24,033 bases of DNA from a virus (lineage: Duplodnaviria; Caudoviricetes). The notes under the pieces were generated by a model. The model was not told the DNA's origin. It ran no database searches and was given only the letters and a program-made list of their open reading frames with translations. Positions 10,196 through 17,027 of this stretch are shown here, in pieces (position 1 is the stretch's first letter; the number at the start of each line of letters is the position of its first letter). Made by a program: the position numbers and the translations under genes. The stretch lies in the IMG/VR virus record IMGVR_UViG_3300032087_000766, positions 1 through 24,033 of that record; one strand, 5' to 3'.

Positions 10196-10667
10196 CCAAA
10201 GGGTTATTAGCCCTAGTCTTCATCTCTTCTATAAGTATATCTTGTAATTCGTTTTCTTTTGCTACTACAGCAAGTTTCTTTTCCATTTCACCTAAAGCTT
10301 TTTTGATTTCTTTAATATCTTTTTTAAGTCCATCAATATTAGGTATGTTAATCATAGCCATTTGTTCTCTGACTTTAGCTATGTCTTTAAATACTGTTGT
10401 TAAATCTACAGGTACAATCTTATCATCTACCTTTTTAATTCTGTCTATTAAGTCTACTTTATATTCATTAGCATATAGTAATGCTTCATCTATCTTACCA
10501 GATAGTTCTTTATCTTTTGCTACTAAGGGTGATAAGTTTACAGCTGGTGCAGATTCTATTGCATCAAGTCTAGTATTGAACTGACCCCATGTGTAAAAGC
10601 CCCCACCTATAGCCCCAATAACTCCAAGCAATGCGGCATATGTACTAAGTTTCTCTATAATTTTCAT
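10188..10667 (-). CDS. Membrane-anchored coiled-coil protein (i-spanin/Rz-like topology; function unproven)
   Basis: 159 aa. Single N-terminal TM segment (YAALLGVIGAIGGGFYTW) followed by heptad-rich helix. TAATG coupling to the upstream gene. Confidence 0.55.
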   Translation of the reverse strand: MKIIEKLSTYAALLGVIGAIGGGFYTWGQFNTRLDAIESAPAVNLSPLVAKDKELSGKIDEALLYANEYKVDLIDRIKKVDDKIVPVDLTTVFKDIAKVREQMAMINIPNIDGLKKDIKEIKKALGEMEKKLAVVAKENELQDILIEEMKTRANNPLAN

Positions 10668-12184
10668 TAGTTCCCCCTAAGTTTTTTTAATTCTAACATA
10701 ATCGACACCTTTTGTCTAGCCAAAAAATCCATTCTTTCTTCAAATATCTGCATAGGATCATTGATAGAATAGGCGGATAAAGTAACACCAGCGTATATAG
10801 TTACGTTGTATGATCCTAAATCCACCTGATTCTCAAATAATTCTAAGTTAGCATCTTGATAGATATCTTTAGACTCGTAAAACTCAACCTCCTCGTAGGA
10901 GTCTAGTTCTGGTTGAATTAACATCCTATCAATTTTGCTAAGTTGTTTCTCAACTTTCTTAAGTTCTACTGTAGTTCCTCCAACATCTGTAGATATTTCA
11001 ATTTGTTTCTCGGACTCCGTTGATACCTTTTCTTCGTCTCCTGCCTCTGCAGTCTGTACCTCGGTGTCCTCAGATTCTTCGCTATCGGGTTCTGCTTCTT
11101 CAGTTGTTTCATTTTCATCCTCATTAGCCTCCGATACGCTCTCTTTGTTTTCTGGCTCCTCTTCCATTGATTCACCAGTATCTTCCATAGTCTCTTCATT
11201 CTGAACCTCCTTTGTTGGTTCTTCCGCTTCTTCTATGGTAGCTTCCTCCTCGACTTCCGTCATGGGTTCAGCTTCCGCTTCCATTTCAGCTACTTCTATT
11301 TCTTCTTCCTCGATAGTTTCTATGTCAGCTTCTTCTATTATCTCCATCTCTTCCGTAACAATAAACATCTCTTCAAACTCTTCAAAAGATTCTATATCTT
11401 CAAAGGTTATCTCTTCTGGTACTGCTTCTGGAAGTAGATCGATGATAATAATCTCGTCATCAAAAGTAAATTCTTCTTCAAAGAAATCTTCTGGGATATC
11501 ATCTATCACATCTACAATATTATCTATGGCTTCCTGTGCATCTTCATTAATAGGGGGTGTGTCATCATATGTTACATCTAATGTAACGTTATCTACATCT
11601 GGTCCATGATGAGAATTATCATAAGCTGTGCCCGCAGTTTCATTAAATAACTCTGCTCTAATTGTAATATCTGTTTGTGTATTTGAACCTTGTATGTATT
11701 GATTTGTATAGTTTGTAAACTTATTACCAGTTGTACCGCTGGTGCCAGTTATTTCTCTAACTTGTGTAGATACTGAACCGTCAGCTCCTGTAATAATTTG
11801 TTTAAGAGTAAGTGTGTTTTCTATATTATTCCAAAACCATACGTCTGCCCCCATGGTTGAGGTAAAGCCTTGATTCATTTGATGTTGTGTTAAATGACCA
11901 TCATCAACTAAATCTACATCTTGATATACATTATCTTCTTCGTGTCCTTCAAATGCTAACACACCTCCACTGCTATCCATACCTGTTTCATATGGAAATC
12001 CATTCCAGGCACCATGAGTGTGAATACCATCGTCTCCGTCTGTGGACCAACCAGTTGTGGTTGTAGTGTTACCAGTTCCAAAAGTAGAATTGTTAAGAAC
12101 GTTTCCTGTGTTTACTTCTGCGCTATTCGCTGTGCATGTTAACAGGCACAGGGTCAATAACAGGCTCGATAGTGTTAACTTCAT
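10667..12184 (-). CDS. Exported protein: signal peptide, beta-sandwich-like domain, long acidic low-complexity region and C-terminal helix
   Basis: 505 aa. Signal peptide MKLTLSSLLLTLCLLTCTANSA and AAGGAG SD. About 190 aa of beta-rich sequence (NVLNNSTF..GW, VYQDVDL, GPDVDNVTL), then an extremely Glu/Asp-rich tract. Confidence 0.65.
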   Translation of the reverse strand: MKLTLSSLLLTLCLLTCTANSAEVNTGNVLNNSTFGTGNTTTTTGWSTDGDDGIHTHGAWNGFPYETGMDSSGGVLAFEGHEEDNVYQDVDLVDDGHLTQHQMNQGFTSTMGADVWFWNNIENTLTLKQIITGADGSVSTQVREITGTSGTTGNKFTNYTNQYIQGSNTQTDITIRAELFNETAGTAYDNSHHGPDVDNVTLDVTYDDTPPINEDAQEAIDNIVDVIDDIPEDFFEEEFTFDDEIIIIDLLPEAVPEEITFEDIESFEEFEEMFIVTEEMEIIEEADIETIEEEEIEVAEMEAEAEPMTEVEEEATIEEAEEPTKEVQNEETMEDTGESMEEEPENKESVSEANEDENETTEEAEPDSEESEDTEVQTAEAGDEEKVSTESEKQIEISTDVGGTTVELKKVEKQLSKIDRMLIQPELDSYEEVEFYESKDIYQDANLELFENQVDLGSYNVTIYAGVTLSAYSINDPMQIFEERMDFLARQKVSIMLELKKLRGN

Positions 12185-12893
12185 CTTGCTCCTTTAATGT
12201 AATCAGTTCTTGTTCAAGTCTTTCTGCTTCTAGTCTTGCAGCTTCTGCTTCTTCTGCAGCAATACGTTCAGCTTCTAATCTTTCTAGTTCTGCAATTTCT
12301 GCATCTACTTCTGATTTTATTTCCATACGTTGCACATACTCTTTATAGTCAGGTCTAAGTTCTTCATATGTATCCCACAATCCAGCAGCTTCTGCCCCAA
12401 TCTTACCATCAAATGGACATGGGGTACCTGCAGCTTCCATCGCCTGGAAGACACGAGGATCTTGACATAGCACTGCGACACTTGCGACTTTCATACCAAA
12501 GTCTTGTAATACCTTGGCAAGTTTAATACGCTCGCAGTTTAAGTCGACTACATGTTTGCCGCCAGAAAGCCCAAATACGCCAGTGCTAACAGAACCGCTA
12601 ACACCCATTGAGCAAACGTCTTGAGACATGCTTGAATAGGATGGGCTGTTTGCTGAAGGCGGTGGTATTTCTGACCCGTTCGTGTTTGATGTAGTGGTAC
12701 TCGTCGTGGTGTTTGTCTGCCCCCCAGAGTAGGAGTTAGTCGTGGTTGAGGTGTACCCACCTGTGATCTGGGTATTACTACCCGAAGAATTTGTTTGAGC
12801 ATTGTTATCATTAGTTGAATCCCCCCATGCTGGTACACTTATACAAAGTATAAACGTTAATATAAAAGCTAGTATTAAATTATCTTTTAACAA
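12123..12893 (-). CDS. Exported Cys-containing protein with Ser/Thr/Asn linker and C-terminal charged helix
   Basis: The ORF track gives 12917. An in-frame TTG at 12893 after GGGGGT gives a cleaner signal peptide (MLKDNLILAFILTFILCISVPAWG). The core has four Cys (DVC, NCE, LCQ, PCP), followed by an E/A/R-rich helix. Confidence 0.6.
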   Translation of the reverse strand: MLKDNLILAFILTFILCISVPAWGDSTNDNNAQTNSSGSNTQITGGYTSTTTNSYSGGQTNTTTSTTTSNTNGSEIPPPSANSPSYSSMSQDVCSMGVSGSVSTGVFGLSGGKHVVDLNCERIKLAKVLQDFGMKVASVAVLCQDPRVFQAMEAAGTPCPFDGKIGAEAAGLWDTYEELRPDYKEYVQRMEIKSEVDAEIAELERLEAERIAAEEAEAARLEAERLEQELITLKEQDEVNTIEPVIDPVPVNMHSE

Positions 12894-13317
12894 GGCTACC
12901 CCCAAAATACAAACCAATTATTGCTGACATCAGGTGTGTATCCAGAGGAGTTATAACTACTCCAAAAAATTCTTTATCTAATACCACCTCTTTTTGTTCT
13001 ATCAAGAATAAAAATCCTCTTGACAACTCAGTCCATGTAATCCAAACACTTGTATCAAAAAATACAGGTACGACTTTGGGCCACACAATTATAGAAAAGA
13101 CTGCCGCCAATGCTATAATCCTACGGGTAAACTGAAACCCTTTGTTCTCATATGTTCTTGCTTTCTCTACGAAAGACATTTGTTTATCAGCTCTCGCTAA
13201 TAACATTTTCTGTTCATCTTGCTTTGCTTTGATACTCTGTGACCAGATAGACATAACTCCACCAAGTACACTTGAGCCAAGCATTGTAATCATTTCTACA
13301 GGCAATCCTCCTAACAT
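12880..13317 (-). CDS. Putative holin (alternative upstream start at 13404)
   Basis: Two to three hydrophobic segments and a C-terminal IIGLYFGG plus basic tail, reminiscent of 3TM holins. Directly follows the endolysin. Strong GGAGG SD (13325-13329) 7 nt before the ATG at 13317. Confidence 0.6.
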   Translation of the reverse strand: MLGGLPVEMITMLGSSVLGGVMSIWSQSIKAKQDEQKMLLARADKQMSFVEKARTYENKGFQFTRRIIALAAVFSIIVWPKVVPVFFDTSVWITWTELSRGFLFLIEQKEVVLDKEFFGVVITPLDTHLMSAIIGLYFGGSLVKR

Positions 13318-13407
13318 TCTAGTTCCTCCATTAGTTACTTGGGTTACTTCCTTTATGCCCTCTTGGACAATCACTCCTGTAATAATTGCTATTAACCATT
13401 CCATTCA

Positions 13408-13911
13408 TTATGGTTCTATACCAAAGAATTTATATGCTCTTTCTTCAGTAGATTTATCTGGTTTGGTGTGGTGATATTTAGCATATAAATTATACCCAGC
13501 TTCTTTATCACCTTCTTCATATTTCTTTAATAAATCCATAGTGGGATCTGGATTTTGTTGTAAGTTTGCAAAGAATAAATCCTTTTGTTGTGCTGGTGTT
13601 AAACCTTTTATTCCCACTTCTTCTGCTTTTGATAACCATAAAGGTACGGTGTACCCTTCAGCTTCATATACATTTTTTGCTCTCTTTACTGCAGTTTTAA
13701 ATCCTGCATCTGTAAATTGGTATATACCTTTTGCAGTAGAATCTGGATTGTCTATATTTTTTCCATAATCACTTTCAATACCTGCTACAGTTTCAGCATA
13801 ATTGTTTAATGTTTCATTGGAAAACCCATACTTATCTCTAAGTATGTTATCCATCTTGGTGCCATCAATCATCATTCCAAGTTCTGATATTAAATCTTTA
13901 ATACCCGCCAT
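13408..13911 (-). CDS. Endolysin, lysozyme-like/lytic transglycosylase fold
   Basis: Motifs VAGIES (catalytic Glu) and STAKGIYQF are characteristic of SLT/lysozyme-like enzymes. Start reassigned from 14013 to ATG 13911 because the upstream stretch is better explained by a separate Cys-rich ORF. Confidence 0.7.
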   Translation of the reverse strand: MAGIKDLISELGMMIDGTKMDNILRDKYGFSNETLNNYAETVAGIESDYGKNIDNPDSTAKGIYQFTDAGFKTAVKRAKNVYEAEGYTVPLWLSKAEEVGIKGLTPAQQKDLFFANLQQNPDPTMDLLKKYEEGDKEAGYNLYAKYHHTKPDKSTEERAYKFFGIEP

Positions 13912-14032
13912 CCCAAATTCTTTCTGTCTCTGTATCGTCGTGCTCACAGTTAGAGCATTCACATTGACCGCCCATACAAGAACCGCCATTGCTACAGTGA
14001 CACGCATGACCACAGTTAATACACTCAGGCAT
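13898..14032 (-). CDS. 44-aa Cys/His-rich metallothionein-like microprotein (not in ORF track)
   Basis: Translation: MPECINCGHACHCSNGGSCMGGQCECSNCEHDDTETERIWDGGY*. 8 Cys and 3 His. The ATG overlaps the stop of the upstream gene (TAATG), and its end overlaps the endolysin start by 14 nt. Confidence 0.75.
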   Translation of the reverse strand: MPECINCGHACHCSNGGSCMGGQCECSNCEHDDTETERIWDGGY

Positions 14033-14271
14033 TATGTTCCTAAACTTATATCGTTGAATGCTCTGATCGGATATGAATCTACTTCAAAACATATAGAGCT
14101 AAAGAGAGCTTGAGTATCTCCTTGGCTACTAGCATAGTCCTTATAATTTTGTACATACATTTCAGTTGACTCTAAACAAGTTTGCATATCTGGATATAAA
14201 TATCCTTGGTATTTAACTGACGGCCACTCGGGCATTGATGTAATTATTATTGCCATAAATACTTTTATCAT
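14032..14271 (-). CDS. Small hypothetical protein (hydrophobic N-terminus, two Cys)
   Basis: 79-aa ORF with AGGAG SD, TAATG-coupled at both ends. Confidence 0.65.
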   Translation of the reverse strand: MIKVFMAIIITSMPEWPSVKYQGYLYPDMQTCLESTEMYVQNYKDYASSQGDTQALFSSICFEVDSYPIRAFNDISLGT

Positions 14272-14483
14272 TAGTCTCCTATTGACTTTTCAATCTGTGC
14301 TGCAGTCTTAACTGGCTTCAAAGGTTGTTCCATTTTAGCTAGTTTAACTTTATAAGGCACAGGTCTTTTATTATTTCTATTACCTTGTCGCTTACCAAAA
14401 GCAACTTTATGTTCTAAATGTCTAGGCGGAGTCTTACGTCTACCTTCTAGTTGTTTACTAATCCCCGCTCTGCTGATCGCCAT
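14271..14483 (-). CDS. Small basic hypothetical protein (possible nucleic-acid binding)
   Basis: 70 aa, strongly Lys/Arg-rich. AAGGAGG SD upstream of the ATG. Confidence 0.65.
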   Translation of the reverse strand: MAISRAGISKQLEGRRKTPPRHLEHKVAFGKRQGNRNNKRPVPYKVKLAKMEQPLKPVKTAAQIEKSIGD

Positions 14484-14583
14484 TGTCTTCCTCCTTAGGT
14501 TCTTCTACTTTAACAGCATCTCCCCCAACTTTAACAATACCCATTTGAAACATTTGATCATCTGTCCATGGTTGATTATTCAT
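14458..14583 (-). CDS. 41-aa acidic microprotein (not in ORF track)
   Basis: MNNQPWTDDQMFQMGIVKVGGDAVKVEEPKEEDNGDQQSGD*. GGAGG SD just upstream. First ORF after the 14606-14634 promoter and fills an otherwise empty gap. Confidence 0.6.
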   Translation of the reverse strand: MNNQPWTDDQMFQMGIVKVGGDAVKVEEPKEEDNGDQQSGD

Positions 14584-14605
14584 AATTTCCTCCAATCAAT
14601 CCTAC

Positions 14606-14634
14606 ATTATATCAGACAAAGGGGGCACTTTCAA
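14606..14634 (-). promoter_or_regulatory. Sigma70-type promoter TTGAAA-N17-TATAAT
   Basis: On the - strand: ttgaaa gtgccccctttgtctga tataat. Perfect -10 and exact 17-nt spacer, upstream of an SD and ORF. Confidence 0.75.
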
Positions 14635-14640
14635 GCCCCC
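14616..14640 (-). terminator. Intrinsic terminator-like hairpin after the metallophosphoesterase gene
   Basis: GGGGGC-TTGAAAGT-GCCCCC (6-bp GC stem) followed by TTTGT on the - strand, 12 nt after the stop at 14653. The U-tract is short. Confidence 0.55.
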
Positions 14641-14652
14641 AATGAATCAGAT

Positions 14653-15885
14653 TTATGCGGCCCACTGAAGCCATTGTTTACCCCGTTTTTTCACAGGTGT
14701 TTCATCACATATGATTGGTACTTGAAAGGTAATACCATGTTGCGGATGCGTAAACCATAAAGCTTGTTTAGGTATCTCAAAAGCAAAACGATTACTCATT
14801 GCGTACTCGTCATAGCCTTTAAGTGAGCCATTTACAATGGCCCCTTTGATAGATATATACTGATGGAAGTGCCCCATGATAACATAGTCAATGGACTTGC
14901 CAAGGTTTGTATACTCTGATCTAACCTTCTGAACTCCTCTCGCAATAGGCCCAAGCATTCCAACAATACCTGTACCTCCTCGCACACCGAGTCTATCCCC
15001 GTGTGTTAGTAGATATGTAGTGTCGTATACTTTATAATACGTATCGAATCCAGTTGGTATCTGAAATTTAATTCTGTTATCATTAACAGATTTAAAATGT
15101 TTCTCTAATAAATTATACAGCATCCAATCAAAACTTAAATGTGCTGCTTCTTTATTTCTGTATTGTTGATAAGCACGAGAGTGATTACCGTAACACGTAG
15201 GTACAAATACCTTGCCAAACTTATCAGCTAATGTAGTGATTGTCCAGATCAATTGATCAAATAATTCTAGTACATGATCTATAGTTGTGCCATCATTTGA
15301 TTCTGTCAACTCATCGTGTATGTTACCAGACATCATATCACCACCCAAGGCTAGCACTATTCCTGGGTACTTGGGATTCACCATGTGATTGTGACATAAG
15401 TCTATGGCATTTTCTACTGTAGTTTTTAATCTAGTTTGTGAAATCTTTTTATTAAAACTATTTAGATTATTAACTGCATCTTTCTTAACGACTTCCCCAT
15501 AATGAAAATCAGATAAGAATAATGTAGGTACACCTGGTGTATTTTTAGATGGAGTAGATTTGATTGTCCACTTGGGTGGCTTAGGATCATACTCACCTAA
15601 TTTAAATACATGCTTTCGTATGTAACTAGCTGTAACATTTTGTAATGTTGCTTCTTCTAATTGACTTTTAAGATCTCGTATCTGTATGTCATGCGTCATC
15701 TTCTGTTCTGCTAAAGCAACCTCCAGGTCAGGAGACTTAACTGTTGGTGTTATGTTATGTCTCTTGGCTTGGGCTACTCTATCACAAAGAGTAGGTCTTG
15801 GAATACCCAAACTTCTAGCCGCTTCGGACTTATTTCCTTTGGCTAACACTAAAGCGTTCACCGCTTTTTGTAATTTTGTGTCCAT
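14653..15885 (-). CDS. Calcineurin-like metallophosphoesterase with N-terminal Fis-like HTH and coiled coil
   Basis: Motifs SDFHYG, GGDMMSG, GNH, THGD and GHFH. N-terminal GNKSEAARSLGIPRPTL helix-turn-helix. Confidence 0.85.
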   Translation of the reverse strand: MDTKLQKAVNALVLAKGNKSEAARSLGIPRPTLCDRVAQAKRHNITPTVKSPDLEVALAEQKMTHDIQIRDLKSQLEEATLQNVTASYIRKHVFKLGEYDPKPPKWTIKSTPSKNTPGVPTLFLSDFHYGEVVKKDAVNNLNSFNKKISQTRLKTTVENAIDLCHNHMVNPKYPGIVLALGGDMMSGNIHDELTESNDGTTIDHVLELFDQLIWTITTLADKFGKVFVPTCYGNHSRAYQQYRNKEAAHLSFDWMLYNLLEKHFKSVNDNRIKFQIPTGFDTYYKVYDTTYLLTHGDRLGVRGGTGIVGMLGPIARGVQKVRSEYTNLGKSIDYVIMGHFHQYISIKGAIVNGSLKGYDEYAMSNRFAFEIPKQALWFTHPQHGITFQVPIICDETPVKKRGKQWLQWAA

Positions 15886-16072
15886 GTTTTATCTCCTGTT
15901 TTCTAATTTCTTTTCGTTCTCTTTTTAAAGCCTGGGCTATGCCACGCCATTCGTCTCTATCTTTGAAATCTAATCTTTCCCAAATAGGAACCTTACCTCT
16001 TTTAGTTCTTCTAAAATCATAAAATAATTTCTTAGCATAACCGTCATATTTAGTTTCCTTTTCTTGGTACAT
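15830..16072 (-). CDS. Small basic hypothetical protein
   Basis: ORF track 15830..16093. The AAGGAG SD favours the ATG at 16072 or 16075. Overlaps both neighbours. Confidence 0.5.
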   Translation of the reverse strand: MYQEKETKYDGYAKKLFYDFRRTKRGKVPIWERLDFKDRDEWRGIAQALKRERKEIRKQEIKHGHKITKSGERFSVSQRK

Positions 16073-16370
16073 CATACTCCTTTCCAAATCCATCTATCAA
16101 TTTACCTACCCTGTTTGGATCACCAGATGCTATAACTCTAAAGTGTTTTACAAAATGACCATTGGGTAAGTCATCATACAACCACGTATCTTTTGTCATC
16201 TTGTAATTTATATTACGTATCATAGCTTGGCAATTTAAATATTCTCTGTGATATTTTACCCTTTCTTTTGGATCGACACGCATAGAACGAGATCTAGAAT
16301 ACGCATCTTTACTGCGCTTTTGATATTCTTTGATATACTTTTTTAATTCTTCTTGTGTAAAATTATTCAT
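16050..16370 (-). CDS. Hypothetical phage protein
   Basis: 106-aa ORF overlapping the oxygenase stop, co-oriented with the operon. No recognisable motif. Confidence 0.6.
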   Translation of the reverse strand: MNNFTQEELKKYIKEYQKRSKDAYSRSRSMRVDPKERVKYHREYLNCQAMIRNINYKMTKDTWLYDDLPNGHFVKHFRVIASGDPNRVGKLIDGFGKEYDVPRKGN

Positions 16371-16959
16371 TAAATGAATACCATCCTGTTATAATATACT
16401 TATCATTAGTCGGACTAATCTGCCCCACATGAGCATGAGTCCATTCCGCAGGCCATATCAATGTCAAACCTTTTTCTGCAGGTGCTGTAAATGATTGGCT
16501 TGGAAACTGTGTACCTCCACCTGGCACGTCATTAAGATATGTCATAAATACTAAAACTCTTTTAGACATTTTAACGCCAGTTCTTTCGGCATGTAATTGT
16601 TTGAAACCTTGGGTCGGGGCATAGTGTTGTAAATTAAAAGCTTCGTTTATATTAAACGCATCTAGTAAATTGTTAGAGTCTGGATACTCTCTTATGTATG
16701 CATCTAAAACTCTTTGTTGCCAAACTCTGTATTGATTGATCGGATAGTCTCCGTTCTCATGTGATATGCCTATCTCAGTTGATTCTTTATAACTAGGATC
16801 AATAGCAAAACCACCTTCAAAGTTTTGATTATAAACTACACCATCAACTTGATACTTTTTATTATCGTGATACCATTCTATTAACTTATCACAAATGTCA
16901 TGTGATATATACCAACCACCAATAAACTTGTCTTTACTTATACCTTCGAATTTTTTCAC
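16363..16959 (-). CDS. 2OG-Fe(II) oxygenase (prolyl-4-hydroxylase-like superfamily)
   Basis: LHAE (H-x-E), VFMTYLND, GGGTQF, WPAEWTHAH, KYIITGW. GTG start with AGGAG SD. Confidence 0.9.
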   Translation of the reverse strand: MKKFEGISKDKFIGGWYISHDICDKLIEWYHDNKKYQVDGVVYNQNFEGGFAIDPSYKESTEIGISHENGDYPINQYRVWQQRVLDAYIREYPDSNNLLDAFNINEAFNLQHYAPTQGFKQLHAERTGVKMSKRVLVFMTYLNDVPGGGTQFPSQSFTAPAEKGLTLIWPAEWTHAHVGQISPTNDKYIITGWYSFNE

Positions 16960-16970
16960 ACACTTCTCCT

Positions 16971-17027
16971 AAAAAGCTAAAGGCAAACCAATTCTTGCTG
17001 GTAAATCAGTTTGCCTTTCTGCCCCCC
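16971..17027 (-). other. Long 5'-UTR stem-loop (possible RNase III site, attenuator or small RNA)
   Basis: AAAGGCAAAC/GTTTGCCTTT perfect 10-bp stem, extendable with G-U pairs inward (TGATT/AATTG) and outward (GGGGGC/GCTTTT). Ends immediately before the AGGAG SD. Confidence 0.55.

Noticed and set aside
10667-12917. Canonical o-spanin lipoprotein (Rz1)
   Set aside because: The Cys residues in the signal regions (LTLC, LLTC, FILC) do not fit a lipobox, and the proteins are much larger than typical o-spanins.
13912-14013. Signal-peptide/SAR-like N-terminal extension of the endolysin (MVMRVTVAMAVLVWAVNVNA) in the ORF track
   Set aside because: GTG start without a clear SD. The same bases encode the coupled Cys-rich 44-aa ORF, whose TGT/TGC codons generate Val/Ala in the shifted frame. 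Not fully excluded, since a secreted endolysin would be biologically plausible.
10303-14113. + strand ORFs such as 10935..11204, 11235..11609, 13142..13474 and 13802..14113
   Set aside because: Ser-rich antisense shadows of Glu-rich or otherwise well-supported - strand genes.
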